From Squalus acanthias (Eukaryota), in assembly GCA_030390025.1 (NCBI GenBank), contig CM059452.1, positions 6,386,001-6,450,000 of the forward strand: 64,000 nucleotides of DNA. The letters are read 5' to 3'. Under the pieces are notes generated by a model. It saw only the letters and a list, made by a program, of their open reading frames with translations, did no database searches and was not told the DNA's origin. Numbering within the stretch: position 1 is the stretch's first letter; every line of letters starts with the position of its first letter. The translations under genes were made by a program, and so were the position numbers. This document shows positions 1 to 11,763 of the stretch, piece by piece.

Positions 1-812
1 CTAGGTGGAAGAGGTCGCAGGTTTGGGAGGTGCTGCCGAAGAAGCCTTGGCGAGTTGCTGCAGTGCATCTTGTAGATGGTACACACTGCAGCCATGGTAC
101 GCCGGTGGTAGAGGGAGTGAATGTTTAAGGTGGTGGATGGGGTGCCAATCAAGCGGGCTGCTTTGTCCTGGATGGAGTCAAGCTTCTTGAGTGTTGTTGG
201 AGCTGCACTCATCCAGGCAAGTGGAGAGTATTCCATCACACTCCTGACTTGTGCCTTGTAGATGATGGAAAGACTTTGGGGAATCAGGAGGTGAGACACT
301 CGCCGCAGAATACCCAGCCTCTGACCTGCTCTTGTTGCCACAGTATTTATATAGCTGGTCCAGTTAAGTTTCTGGTCAATGGTGACCCCCAGGATGTTGA
401 TGGTGGGGGATTCGGCGATGATAATACCATTGAATCTCAAGGGGAGGTGGTTAGACTCTCACTTGTTGGAGATAGTCATTGCCTGGCACTTCTGTGGCGC
501 GAATGTTACCTGCCACTTATCAGCCCAAGCCTGAACGTCGTCCCGGTCCTGTTGCATGCGAGCATGGACTGCTTCATTATCTGAGGAGTTGTGAATGGCG
601 CTGAACACTGTGCAGTCATCAGCGAACATCCCCATTGATGAAGCAGCTGAAGATGGTTGGGCCTAGGGCACTGCCCTGAGGAACTCCTGCAGCGATGTCC
701 TGGGACTGTGATGATTGACCTTCAACCACCACAACTATCTTCCTTTGTGCTAGGTATGACTCCAGCCAGTGGAGAGTTTTCCCCCCGATTCCCATTGACT
801 TCAGTTTTACTA
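1..812 (-). mobile_element. Non-LTR retrotransposon (CR1/L2-group LINE) reverse-transcriptase fragment
   Basis: Near-identical to 22576-23200, whose minus ORF reads GVPQGSVLGP...MFADDCT. This copy has a short internal deletion near 635. Confidence 0.85.
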
Positions 813-935
813 GGGTTTTTCTCTCTATCTACCCTATCAACTCCTTTAATCATCTTAAACACCTCAATTAGATCACCCCTTAATCTTCTATATTCATGGA
901 AATACAAGCCTAGTCTATGCAACCTGTCCTCATAA
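813..935 (-). mobile_element. CR1 LINE ORF2 C-terminal fragment
   Basis: Minus ORF 722-1054 contains YEDRLHRLGLY...RRLRGDLIEVFKMIKGVDRVD, a typical CR1 ORF2 C-terminus. Confidence 0.85.
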
Positions 936-1126
936 TTTACAAATGTCATCTCTGGAAGTACAGGATAGAAATTCTGAACAGACAGTTCTAGTTTCTCGGG
1001 AACATTCTTTCCTCTCTTGCCCCTCCTAAGCTGTAAATCCCCCGTCCCACACACCCTCTCATTGCCTCATCCTCGCCGTTTGAAATCCAGATTCATCGCA
1101 GGCTCTGAATTTTCTCCCTTTCTCTC
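936..1126 (-). pseudogene. Pre-acceptor intron segment of a third (minus-strand) zinc-finger paralogue, truncated by LINE insertion
   Basis: Reverse complement aligns with 8620-8805, the intron just upstream of the ZNF2 coding-exon acceptor. The match stops just before the expected tccttttacag. Confidence 0.65.
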
Positions 1127-1300
1127 CTGAAGGTGCTGTGTGATGGTGGGATTCGGCCCCAGTCACTGTTTGCCCTCCAGTACCTTGCCAAGTGGTAATT
1201 CTGAGCTGTGAGCCTATACTGAAGGTGCTGTGTGATGGTGGGGTTCGGCCCCAGTCACTGTTTGCCCTCCAGTACATTGCTAATTCTGAGCTTGTGAGCC
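1127..1300. repeat. Local tandem duplication, ~92-bp period
   Basis: ctgaaggtgctgtgtgatggtggg.ttcggccccagtcactgtttgccctccagtac occurs at 1127 and 1219. Confidence 0.85.
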
Positions 1301-1391
1301 CATACAGTGAGCTGCCAGCATTTCGACCATGGGGAGCAGCACAGCACAGCTGATTCTGTCTGGCAAAGCTGAAGCCTATAATAGCACAGCA

Positions 1392-1660
1392 TCAACAACT
1401 TGCATTTAGATAGCGCCTTTAACACAGTAAAATGTTCCAAGGTGCTTCACAAGATCGGAATCAGTCAAAAATTGACACCGAGCCAGAGAAGGAGACATTA
1501 GAACTGGTGCCTAAAAGCTTGGTCAAAGATCTTAGGGCCTCGGCAACTGTAGGAATGGCCGGCAATGGTGGAGCAAAGGAAGTGGGGGTTGCACAAGAGG
1601 CCCGAGTTGGAGGAGCGCAGGGGTCTCTTGGAAGGTTGGAGGATGAGAATTTTAAAGGCT
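1392..1660 (-). mobile_element. L2 LINE 3' end fragment
   Basis: Starts with the reverse complement of the aaaggcgcta.ataaatgcaagttgttg tail that is shared with the Deu-SINEs. Confidence 0.6.
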
Positions 1661-1773
1661 GAAGCCACCAAAATAGAAAGCAGTCTCCCCCAGTACAGAA
1701 TGTGACTCACTACTAACAGGAAGGATGTTACTTTAACTACTGTAGGTGCAGAGAGGTGAGCCATTGTCCTTGT

Positions 1774-2243
1774 GTCAGGCCGTGGCTCAGTTGGTAGCAC
1801 CCTCGCCTCTGAGTCAGTAAGGGTTGTGGGGTCAAGTTCCCACTCCAGAGACTTGAGCACAGAAATGTAGGCTGACACTCCAGTGCAGTACTGAGGGAGT
1901 GCTGCACTGTCGGAGCTGCTGCCTTTCGGATGAGATGTTGAACCGAGGTCCCGTCTGCTCTTTCGGGTGGACGTAAAAGATCCCAGGGCTGTATTTCGAA
2001 GAAGAGCAGGGGAGTTATCCCCGGTGTCCTGGCCAATATTTATCCCTCAATCAACATCACTAAAACAGATTACCTGGTCATTATCACATTGCTGTTTGTG
2101 GGAGCTTGCTGTGCACAAACTGGGTGCCGTGTTTCCTCCATCATAACAGTGACTGCACTTCAAAAAGTACTTCATTGGCTATAAAGCGCTTTGGGAGGTC
2201 CGGTGGTCGTGAAAGGCGCTATATAAATGCAAGTCTTTCTTTC
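1774..2243 (+). mobile_element. tRNA-headed Deu-domain SINE (SacSINE1-like), full length
   Basis: A box (tggctcagttgg) and B-box-like motif; Deu core (taaaagatccc...gaagagcaggggagtt...ggccaatatttatccctcaa); L2-type tail aaaggcgctatataaatgcaagtctttctttc. Confidence 0.85.
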
Positions 2244-2409
2244 TCTAAATATCACAAACAGATGCACAATGAGGAGAAATCAATCTCTGTACCTTTAACT
2301 AACAGCGACATAGAGCGAAGGAAGTGAATGAGCTTTAAACACCTGGTCCACTTGGCACTGAAGTGTCTGAAATTCAGAACCGGAACTCCAGGGAAACACA
2401 ATACTGAAC

Positions 2410-2800
2410 ATGGCGGATGCCCTTACCCAGAGTACGCCGCGCGGGTGAATACGACCTATCTCCAGCAGCAGGGGCGTAGCGCGCAGGCGCGGGAAGGGCT
2501 GGTCCCCGGAGACCGCCTTCCTGCGCGGAGCATGCGCGGTGCGGCTCCAGGAAACTGAGCGGGGGCGAGCGCGGCCTCAGCAACACCGAGTGCGCGTCTC
2601 AGGCCCCGAATCAGAGCGGCCGGGCCCGGCGGACGTGCGGCCAGGGCCCCGGCACCAGGAAACCCAGGGTGCAGCGCCTCCCCCAGACAGGAGAAACCAC
2701 AACTGGCATCGACACAGCAGACCCGCCAATCCAGAGCCGGCTTGTATCAGGGCGGGCGCTGGATGCGGAAGTCGGTCCCTGGCCGCCTGTGTCGGTCTTT
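2410..2800. promoter_or_regulatory. CpG island, probable bidirectional ZNF promoter
   Basis: High GC/CpG. NRF1-like gcgcaggcgc and gcatgcgc, CCAAT (~2726), GC box (~2750), ETS cggaagt (~2766). Minus-strand donor gtaagg at 2421-2426. Confidence 0.7.
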
Positions 2801-3032
2801 TTGTTGCTTCAGTTTGAGCTGGAGTGGAGATGGAGGAGAAGCTGCTGGGTTTAACCCCCAGTACTTCTGAGCCCAGGAGGACCCAACAATTTCCAATGTG
2901 AGACTGTCAAGGGAGGTGGATTCTGGGGGAGATTAGGTTGTTAAACAGACACTGTCCCTACAATGTAAAAGAGTATTGTTTTAGGAACAAGTATTTCTGG
3001 AGAGGCTTTTAATCTATTTTACATACAGATTT

Positions 3033-3345
3033 GTTTTTATTCATTCGTGGGGTGTGGGTGTTGCTGGCAAGACCATCATATATTGCCAATCCCCAGTTTC
3101 CTGTTGAGAAGGTGATGGTGGGCCTTCTTCTTGAACCGCTGCAGTCCGTGTGGTGAAGGTGTTCCCACAGTGCTGTTAGGGAGGGAGTTCCAGGATTTTC
3201 ACCCAGCGATGATGAAGGAATGGCGATATATGTCCAAGTGAGGATAGTGTGTGACTTGGGGAACTTGGAGGTGATGGTGCTCCCATGCACCTACTGCCCT
3301 GGTCCATCTAGGTGAAGCAGGTCACGGGTTTGGGAGGTTCTGTCA
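3033..3345 (-). mobile_element. 3' end of CR1/L2-group LINE
   Basis: Reverse complement ends in ...ccccacgaatgaataaaaa. The right end overlaps in sequence with positions 1-40 (same family). Confidence 0.7.
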
Positions 3346-3752
3346 AAGTTCTTGTCCAGTTGCAGATGTGTAAAATCCTTCACCTTCGGCCCCGCCCACT
3401 CTCTCTCTCCTCCCATAAAGGCCAGAGTCTTCTGTAGGCCCAGACCGGATGGCGGGTTCCCGTCCCTGAAGGACATTAGTGAACCAGTTCGGTTTTTACA
3501 ACAATCTGACAGCTTTCATAGTCACTTTTTTCTAGTGTCAGGCCCCACAAATGACCAGATTCATTGAGCTCAATTTCACAACCTGTTTTTTTCTGGGTTC
3601 TCTCTCACAGCTCCCTTTTCCTTGTTTGAAATTCATTTTACAGGGTATTAGAAGGGGAGGATTTGCAGACAGGAAGCTCAAACCAAACAGCACATCAAGA
3701 TCTGACCAAGTCACTCAATTAACCGGGACCTGAATATCATCCGCCTTTGAAC

Positions 3753-4790
3753 ATGGAAGCAAAAAGCACCGTTCACAGCGGGGAGAAACCGTACACGTGT
3801 TCTGTGTGTGGACGAGGCTTCAGCCGATCCTCTGGCCTGTCGAGACACAAGCGAGTTCACACTGGGGAGAGGCCGTTCACCTGCTCTGAGTGTGGGAAGG
3901 GTTTCACTCAGTCATCCCACCGACTGATACACCAGCGCGTTCACACCGGGGAGAGGCCGTTCACCTGCTCTGAGTGTGGGAAGGGATTCACTCAGTCATC
4001 CCGCCTACTGATACACCAGCAAGTTCACACTGGGGAGAGGCTGTTCACATGCTCTGAGTGTGGAAAGGGATTCACTCAGTCATCCGACCTTGTGAAACAC
4101 CAGCGAGTTCACATTGGGGAGAGGCCGTTCACATGCTCTGATTGTGGGAAGGGATTCACTCGTTCATCCCACCTGCTGAAACACCAGCGAGTTCACAGTG
4201 ACGAGAGACCTTTTAAATGCCCGGACTGTGGGAAGTGCTTTAAAAGTTCCGGGGAACTGATATGCCATCAACATCTTCACACTGACGAGAGGCCATTCAG
4301 GTGCTCTCACTGTGGAACTGGGTTCAGGCGATCATCTGAACTCACTGTCCACCAGCGAGTTCACACTGGGGAGAGGCCATTCACCTGTTCCGTGTGTGGG
4401 AAGGGATTCACTCAGTCATCCAACCTGCTGACACACCAACACGTTCACACTGATAAGAGACCTTTTAAATGTTCTTACTGTGAGAAGAGATTAATAAGCA
4501 AAAATGATCTGCTAAGACACCAGCGAATCCACACTGGGGAGAGGCTGTTCACCTGCTCTGATTGTGGGAAGGGATTCACTCGGTCATCCGACCTTCTGAA
4601 ACACCAGCAAGTTCACACTGGGGAGAGGCCGTTCACCTGCTCCGTGTGTGGGAAGGGATTCACTCAGTCATTCAACCTGCTGAGACACCAGCAAGTTCAC
4701 ACTGGGGAGAGGCCGTTCACCTGCTCTGAGTGTGGGAAGGGATTCATTCGGTCATCCAACCTGCTGAGACACCAGCGAATTCACAAGTGA
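3753..4790 (+). CDS. C2H2 zinc-finger protein, 12 tandem fingers, no effector domain (345 aa)
   Basis: First ATG at 3753 (the ORF track starts at an upstream TTG). 12 CxxC-x12-HxxxH fingers with TGERPF linkers. Splice acceptor ttttacag at ~3643 and AATAAA at 4936-4941. Confidence 0.92.
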   Translation: MEAKSTVHSGEKPYTCSVCGRGFSRSSGLSRHKRVHTGERPFTCSECGKGFTQSSHRLIHQRVHTGERPFTCSECGKGFTQSSRLLIHQQVHTGERLFTCSECGKGFTQSSDLVKHQRVHIGERPFTCSDCGKGFTRSSHLLKHQRVHSDERPFKCPDCGKCFKSSGELICHQHLHTDERPFRCSHCGTGFRRSSELTVHQRVHTGERPFTCSVCGKGFTQSSNLLTHQHVHTDKRPFKCSYCEKRLISKNDLLRHQRIHTGERLFTCSDCGKGFTRSSDLLKHQQVHTGERPFTCSVCGKGFTQSFNLLRHQQVHTGERPFTCSECGKGFIRSSNLLRHQRIHK

Positions 4791-7104
4791 CTACAGGGGT
4801 TGGATTCTGCTGTTATTGCTGCTGTTAATCACATCCAGGACTGAACTATGTTCATTCTGACAGTTGGGGTTTGTTTCTGCTGATGTTAATAACCCCTATA
4901 ACTGGGCTGGAGTTTAATATTCTGGATATATGTCAAATAAATCAGTTTTGCTTTCAACACATTGCTGTAGATTTTCGTCTTTCCCACCTGAGTGTTTAGC
5001 ATCACCTGGCTGGAGCTCAGAAAGGACAATCTGGGGGAGGATCGTACGGCGGGAACAGAACTACAGCCTGGACACAGTCCTTCAGGGCCACACTGAGAGG
5101 GGCAAACGGCACTTTGGTCTTTCTCGTCTCTCTTCACTGACAGCAAAGTCCCCGTGCGGGTTAATCTCGAGGCCTGTAAGAAATGTGTCCCAGCCGCTCT
5201 CTTCCATGGGTCAGAACTCCTAGACACAGAACAGAAGGCTCCTTTGCAACTGTGTTTAGAGTCAGGAAGAACAACGGTGAATGCTGGAAACGTGCTGTCA
5301 AATCAGAGATTGGTGTCAAACTGCGATCTGTTCCTGACTGAAAGTGAAACGGCAGGTTTAAGTTTCTATCTAAAAATGACACTGGTAATTATTCGATGAA
5401 GATTTAAAGTGTTTGTGAGACAGTCCTGAATCTACCATTTTAAGTCAGGTATCAACTCATTTAAAATAAACCCGTTTAACCAATTTATTTTAAAGTCTGC
5501 ATTAAAATAGCAGACGGAGGAGTTCACAGGAGCCTGTTAACTGCTGGTACAATTATACAACAGACATTTGATCTCCAGATAAAGAAGGACCTGCAGTGTG
5601 TTTCCAGGAATTCCCTGTTTTATTGATGTGTGTGTGTGTTAGACACCAGGATAACTAAAAATACACGACCCGGAACATCCACAAGGTTGCGATCCCGACA
5701 GTTACTCTGGGATCACTCCCGCTGTGGAACTCCACCACTGACCCTGCTGAAGGTTGTAGGCTCAGGGAGTGGGGCCTCCAGGAGTGGACGGTAAGAAAGC
5801 TGGGTTTTGTTAGAAGATCAGAATTAACATGAAGTAGAGTCATAAAAGTAAAGTCTTCCTAGTTTTATATACATGTATGTTTAATATTAGTGGACTTTGT
5901 ATTAAAGACCCGTGTCTAGTGAACTATTAGCTTGTAATCACCTCAGACAGAACAGGCTCTAATTATCCCTTTTAAGCTGAAACAGACCTCGTGTGAACAG
6001 AACCAGCAGAGCTGAGAACTCTGCCTGTGTGGACTGAGCGGAACCGTGAAGGCCATTTGTTTCTTGAAATGCCCCAGTAAAAGCAAACTCTGACATTGTT
6101 CTGACTCGCAGATTCCTCGTAGCTCCAACGAACAGGAAGCGGTTACTCGATGAACCCTAAACAGCCATCCAATGGAATGCTTTGTTTGATAAATGTCTTT
6201 CAGCTCAATGGTTTGATTGGCCGAGGTAACCAGGCTCACATGGGCTGTACCTGATTGGACTTTAAATACAGGAACAGTTTGCAGCTCAGGTCAGAGAGCA
6301 CCCCGGGAAGAAGAAAGCTGACGGCTACAGCCAAGGTGGAACATCCTTCGGGCTGTCCCTGGAGAGGGAGCACGCGGTGTCCGCCGGGACGCTGGAGGCC
6401 TTCCGTGACCGGTGGGCACCGGAGGGACTGGAGTCAATTGTCAACACCAGCAACAGTATTCGGATCTGATTTAATTATAATTTGGAGTTGATTGTTTGTG
6501 CCCCTTTAAAAAGGGGGCTCTCTGGGTAATGTGACATCGATTGATGACAATGACATTCTAATTGGCCTTTTAAAAGAGTCGAACATCCTTTCGTGCCTCA
6601 CAGGCTTGGCAATTACCAAAGTCTGAGTTCATGGATACAGCTCGTTAGATTATGAGTCTTGCTATATAACTAAAATATTGTATGAATATTACAGAAAAGT
6701 ATTCCTTTGTAGAATCTCCCATGTGAATATTTTGCACTCATTTAGTACATGAATTGTATTATTGTAGAATCTACATATTGAAAATAAATCCTGTGCTCAG
6801 GGGGATTAAGGTGTCTGGACTGTTTCATTGGAGATCTCAACTCAACTAGGAATAGCGTAAAAGCTCATGAGGATTGTAAACAACTTCAGTCTGACATACA
6901 CTGGAGATTGGTGTCAGTGACTGGGGATAGTTTATATCAGACGGGAGATTATTGTAAATGCAGTTAAGTCTCTTGCAGGGTTTATCCCTGTGAAAATTCT
7001 GGTGGATAGTCGGGCATGTGGATAAGGGGGATCTCCTCGGTAAATAATTACAGAATCACAGCCTTCTTATCATGCACAGAGGGATCTTTACACAGCCTCT
7101 AAGG

Positions 7105-8090
7105 TGTGCTGTACCTGCCCTGGGAGTATTTGATGGGACAGTGCAGAGGGAGCTTTACTCTGTATCTAACCCGTGCTGTACCTGCCCTGGGAGTGTTTGA
7201 TGGGACAGTGTAGAGGGAGCTTTACTCTGTATCTAACCCGTGCTGTACCTGCCCTGGGAGTGTTTGATGGGACAGTGTAGAGGGAGCTTTACTCTGTATC
7301 TAACCCGTGCTGTACCTGCCCGGGAGTGTTTGATGGGACAGTGTAGAGGGAGCTTTACTCTGTATCTAACCCGTGCTGTACCTGCCCTGGGAGTGTTTGA
7401 TGGGACAGTGTAGAGGGAGCTTTACTCTGTATCTAACCCGTGCTGTACCTGCCCTGGGAGTGTTTGATGGGACAGTGTAGAGGGAGCTTTACTCTGTATT
7501 TAACCCGTGCTGTACCTGCCCTGGGAGTGTTTGATGGGACAGTGTAGAGGGAGCTTTACTCTGTATCTAACCCGTGCTATACCTGCCCTGGGAGTGTTTG
7601 ATGGGACAGTGTAGAGGGAGCTTTACTCTGGATCTAACCCGTTCTGTACCTGCCCTGGGAGTGTTTGATGGGACAGTGTAGAGGGAGCTTTACTCTGTAT
7701 CTAACCCGTGCTGTACCTGCCCTGGGAGTGTTTGATGGGACAGTGCAGAGGGAGCTTTACTCTGTATCTAACCCGTGCTGTACCTGCCCTGGGAGTGTTT
7801 GATGGGACAGTGCTGAGGGAGCTTTACTCTGTATCTAACCCGTGCTGTACCTGCCCAGGGAGTGTTTGAATGGGACAGTGTAGAGGGAGCTTTACTCTTG
7901 TATCTAACCCGTGCTGTACCTGCCCTGGGAGTGTTTGATGGGACAGTGTAGAGGGAGCTTACTCTGAATCTAACCCAGTGCTGTACCTGCCCTGGGAGTG
8001 TTTGATGGGACAGTGTAGAGGGAGCTTTACTCTGTATCTAACCCGTGCTGTACCTGCCCTGGGAGTGTTTGATGGGACAGTGTAGAGGGG
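7105..8090. repeat. 67-bp minisatellite array (~15 units)
   Basis: Unit gtgctgtacctgccctgggagtgtttgatgggacagtgtagagggagctttactctgtatctaaccc; period 67 (7111 to 7178). Confidence 0.97.
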
Positions 8091-8520
8091 ACACGTGGTG
8101 CTCACCTCGATGACAACAATTGCGTGTATTAACCCAGAATCCCCCGCGCGGCTGACAGTGCTCCATCAATGACGACAGGAGCCCAGTGCGCCTGCGCAGT
8201 AACTGAGTGTGCTCTGGGCATGCGCAGTGCGAGTGGCGGCGATGGATTGAGTGAAACAGGCGGGTCAGCGGCCGGGATCCGGAAGGCGATTGTGGGCGCA
8301 GTGGATGCATTGGGCCCGCGGGTGGGTTTAAAAGATTTATAAACACCTGGTGTAGGCCTGAGGCTGCGAATAAGAGCCCACAGGACCCGTGTTTCCCCGG
8401 TTACAGGCCCGGTCCGTGACCGCCCGGGTGACTGGCCGCCATCTTGGACAGGGCGGGTCTCACGGCGCATGCGCGGTACTTTGGGCAGGAACAAGAGTGG
8501 GCGGGGCTTCAGGGTCCCAG
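8091..8520 (+). promoter_or_regulatory. CpG island promoter of the second ZNF gene
   Basis: CpG-rich. NRF1 motifs (tgcgcctgcgca ~8187, gcatgcgca ~8218, gcgcatgcgc ~8465), YY1 motif gccgccatctt (~8435), GC boxes. Confidence 0.7.
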
Positions 8521-8816
8521 TGACCAGGAGAGACAATCATTGACTCATTGATTTTATTCTCACTCTGCACACAGCGGGTGTGGAACTGAACCCAACCAGA
8601 GTAGAGGGAGGGAGAAAACTGGGAGTGGAGGAAAGAAATGTTGGAGATGGTGCGATGGGTTTGGATTTCAGCACAGGGAGGAGGGAGAGTGTGTGGGACG
8701 GGGATTTACAGCTTTGGGGGAACAAGAGAGGAAAGAATGTTCCATAGAAACTAGAATTGTCTGTTCTGGATTTCTATCCTGTACTGAGTGATGACTTTTG
8801 TAAATTCCTTTTACAG

Positions 8817-9495
8817 GGTGTTAGAAGGGGAGATTTACAGACGGGAAACTCAAACCAAACATCATGTGAAGAGCTGACAGAGTCACTCGATTGATCAGGA
8901 CCTGAATATCATCGCGCTTTGAATGTGGAAGGAGAAATGTTTGCCTGTTCTGTCCGTGGGAAAAGATTTCAAACATCAGTGTGACTGGAAAAGCACCGAG
9001 ACACACACACCCGAGTGAGAGTGTTCCAGTGCACTGACTGTGGAAAGAGCTTTAACCAGTTACACAGCCTGAAAAAACATCGCACCATTCACAGCGGGGA
9101 GAAACCGTACACGTGTTCTGTGTGTGGACGAGGCTTCAACGGATTGTCCAACCTGCAGAGACACAAGGACACCCGCACCACGGAGAAACCGTGGAAATGT
9201 GGGGACTGTGGGAAGGGATTCAGTTAACTGTCCCAGCTGGAGACCGGGGATAGGCTGTTCACCTGCTCTCTCTCGGAAGGGATTTACTCAATTGTCTAGC
9301 ATGCTGACACGCCAGCGAGCTCGCAATAGGGAGAGGCCGTTCTCCTGCTCCGTGTGTGGGAAGGGATTCACTTGTTCATCCCACCTCACTGCACACCAAC
9401 TTGATCATGCTGATGAGAGACCTTTTAAATGCTCTGACTGTGGGAACAGCTTTAAAACCTCTGAGGAACTGATTGAACACCAGCGAGTTCACTGC
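8817..9495 (+). pseudogene. Degenerate 5' zinc fingers of the second ZNF gene
   Basis: Acceptor ttttacag at ~8816, followed by finger-like sequence with stops (TGA ~8983, TAA 9225-9227) and frameshifts (~9240-9275, ~9495). ACG at 9180 precedes EKPWKCGDCGKGF. Confidence 0.75.
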
Positions 9496-11233
9496 TGACG
9501 AGAGACCGTTCTGTTGCTCTCACTGCGGGAAGAGGTTCCAGCAGTCATTCCGTCTGGCTGAACACCAGCTCCTTCACACTCATGAGAGTCCATTCAGTTG
9601 CTCTCACTGTGGGGAGAGGTTCACCCAGTCATTGCAACTCGCTGAACACCAGCAAGTTCACATCAAGGAGAGACCGTTCAACTGCTTCGTGTGTGGGAAG
9701 GGATTCACTCGTTTAGCCCACCTTATGTCACATGAGGACATTCACACTACGGAATGGCCGTTCTACTGCTCCGTGTGTGGGAAGGGATTCACTCGTTTCG
9801 TCCGCCTTTTGACACACAAGCGAGTTCACACAGGGGCGAGGCCGTTCTCCTGTTCAGTGTGTGGGAAGAGATTTACTCGTTCAAGCCACCTTTTGGCGCA
9901 CAAGCGAGTTCACACCGGGGAGAGGCCGTTCAGCTGTTCCATCTGTGGGAAGAGTTTCCCTTGTTCATCCCACCTCTTGATACACCAGCGAGTTCACACT
10001 GGGGAGAGGCCGTTCACCTGCTCCGTGTGTGGGAAGAGATTCACTCAGTCATCAAGCCTGATGGCACACCTGCAAGTTCACACTGATAAGAGACCGTTTA
10101 AATGTTCTGACTGTGAGAAGAGCTTTAAAAGAAGTAATGCTCTGCTGACACACCAACGCACTCACACTGGGGAGAATCTGTTCACCTGCTCTGTGTGTCA
10201 GAAGGGATTTACTGATTCATCCTACCTGCTGAGACACCAGCGAGTTCACACTGGGGAGAGGCCGTTCATCTGCTTTGTGTGTGGGAAGAGATTCATTGAA
10301 TCATCCCACCTACTGAGACACCAGCGCACTCACAGTGAGGAGAGGCCGTTCACCTGCTCCGAGTGTGGGAAGGGATTCAGTCTGTCATCCGGCCTGCTGG
10401 TACACCGGCGAATTCACACTGGGGAGAGGCCGTTCACCTGCTCCGAGTGTGGGAAGGGATTCACTCTGTCATCCCGCCTGACTACGCACCAGCGAGTTCA
10501 CACTGGGGAGAGGCCGTTCACCTGCTCCGTGTGTGGGAAGGGATTCAGTCTGTCATCTAGCCTCCAGAAACACCAACTCACTCACACTGGGCAGAGACCG
10601 TTCACCTGCTCCGTGTGTGGGAAGGGATTCAGTCTGTCATCCAGCTGCCAGAGACACGAACTCACTCACACTGGTGAGAGGCCGCTCACCTGCTCTGTGT
10701 GTGGGAAGGGATTCACTTGTTCATCCAACCTCACTAGGCACCAGCGAGTTCACACTGGTGAGAAGCCGTTCACCTGCTCCGTGTGTGGGAAGAGATTCGC
10801 TCATTCATCAACCCTGCTGAAACACCAGCAGGTTCACACTGATAAGAGACCGTTTAAATGTTCTGACTGTGAGAAGACCTTTAAAAGCAGCAATTATCTG
10901 CTGAGACACCAACGCATTCACACCGGGGAGAATCCGTTCACCTGCTCTGTGTGTCAGAAAGGATTCGCTGATTCATCCCACCTACGGAGCCACCAGCGAG
11001 TTCACACTGGGGAGAGGCCGTTCAGATGCTCCGTGTGTCGGAAGAGATTCAGTCACTCATCCCACCTAAAGATACACCAGCGAGTTCACACTGGAGAGAG
11101 GCCGTTCACCTGCTCCGTGTGTGGGAAGGGATTCATTCAGGCATCCAACCTGCGGACACACCAGCGAGTTCACAAGTTACTGCCGAAATTGGATTCTGCT
11201 GTTATTGCTGCTGATAATCACATCCAGGACTGA
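9473..11233 (+). CDS. C2H2 zinc-finger ORF, 20 tandem fingers; first in-frame ATG at 9725 gives 17 fingers; possibly a pseudogene
   Basis: Uninterrupted 586-codon frame of canonical fingers. 3' UTR is homologous to ZNF1, with AATAAA at ~11324. Confidence 0.8.
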   Translation: MNTSEFTADERPFCCSHCGKRFQQSFRLAEHQLLHTHESPFSCSHCGERFTQSLQLAEHQQVHIKERPFNCFVCGKGFTRLAHLMSHEDIHTTEWPFYCSVCGKGFTRFVRLLTHKRVHTGARPFSCSVCGKRFTRSSHLLAHKRVHTGERPFSCSICGKSFPCSSHLLIHQRVHTGERPFTCSVCGKRFTQSSSLMAHLQVHTDKRPFKCSDCEKSFKRSNALLTHQRTHTGENLFTCSVCQKGFTDSSYLLRHQRVHTGERPFICFVCGKRFIESSHLLRHQRTHSEERPFTCSECGKGFSLSSGLLVHRRIHTGERPFTCSECGKGFTLSSRLTTHQRVHTGERPFTCSVCGKGFSLSSSLQKHQLTHTGQRPFTCSVCGKGFSLSSSCQRHELTHTGERPLTCSVCGKGFTCSSNLTRHQRVHTGEKPFTCSVCGKRFAHSSTLLKHQQVHTDKRPFKCSDCEKTFKSSNYLLRHQRIHTGENPFTCSVCQKGFADSSHLRSHQRVHTGERPFRCSVCRKRFSHSSHLKIHQRVHTGERPFTCSVCGKGFIQASNLRTHQRVHKLLPKLDSAVIAADNHIQD

Positions 11234-11763
11234 ACCATGTTCATTCTGACAGTTGGGGTTTGTTTCTGTTGATGTTAATGACCCTATAACTGGGCTGGAG
11301 ATTAATATTCTGGATCAATGCCAAATAAATTGGCATTGTTTCAAACACACAGTGTGTCGAGTCTTGTTTCTCCAAGATAAGAGATTAATTGATGTCCTGT
11401 TACTGACTGTTCTATTTTTGGGCCTTTTCTCCTTTCTAACTCTAGATTATTTTACTTCTCATACCTTCGGTTACTCTCATGGACAAGTCCCAGCTCCCCA
11501 TACCTTCCAGAGTGCCTCTCCAGCCTTGGTATCCAGGGAAGGTATCGGTAACACGCCCGGGATCACTAAACACAAAACCCAGTCTGTTAATCACTTTCAG
11601 CTACTGGACTTAGCGTGTGACCCACAGCATCTCTCTCACCTTCGATGTGTGAATAGAGCATCACGCCTGCAAACCTGGTTTTAAATTTAAATGCACTCAG
11701 TAAATGTATTGAACAAGAGATGAACAAGTAAACAGATCACGGCCCAATCCTCCAGCTCTATAT

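Noticed and set aside
1774-1850. tRNA gene
   Set aside because: It is the tRNA-derived head of a SINE and continues into the Deu core and tail.
5637-6880. Possible LTR (TG...CA, CCAAT/TATA-like, AATAAA)
   Set aside because: No TSD or second copy in the window; boundaries cannot be supported.
7105-8090. CRISPR-like array, RSS array, telomerase-template (ctaaccc) or hammerhead interpretation of the 67-bp repeat
   Set aside because: No unique spacers and a eukaryotic context; gacagtg/cactgtc has no nonamer at 12 or 23 bp; the 7-nt telomeric match is within chance; no hammerhead core.
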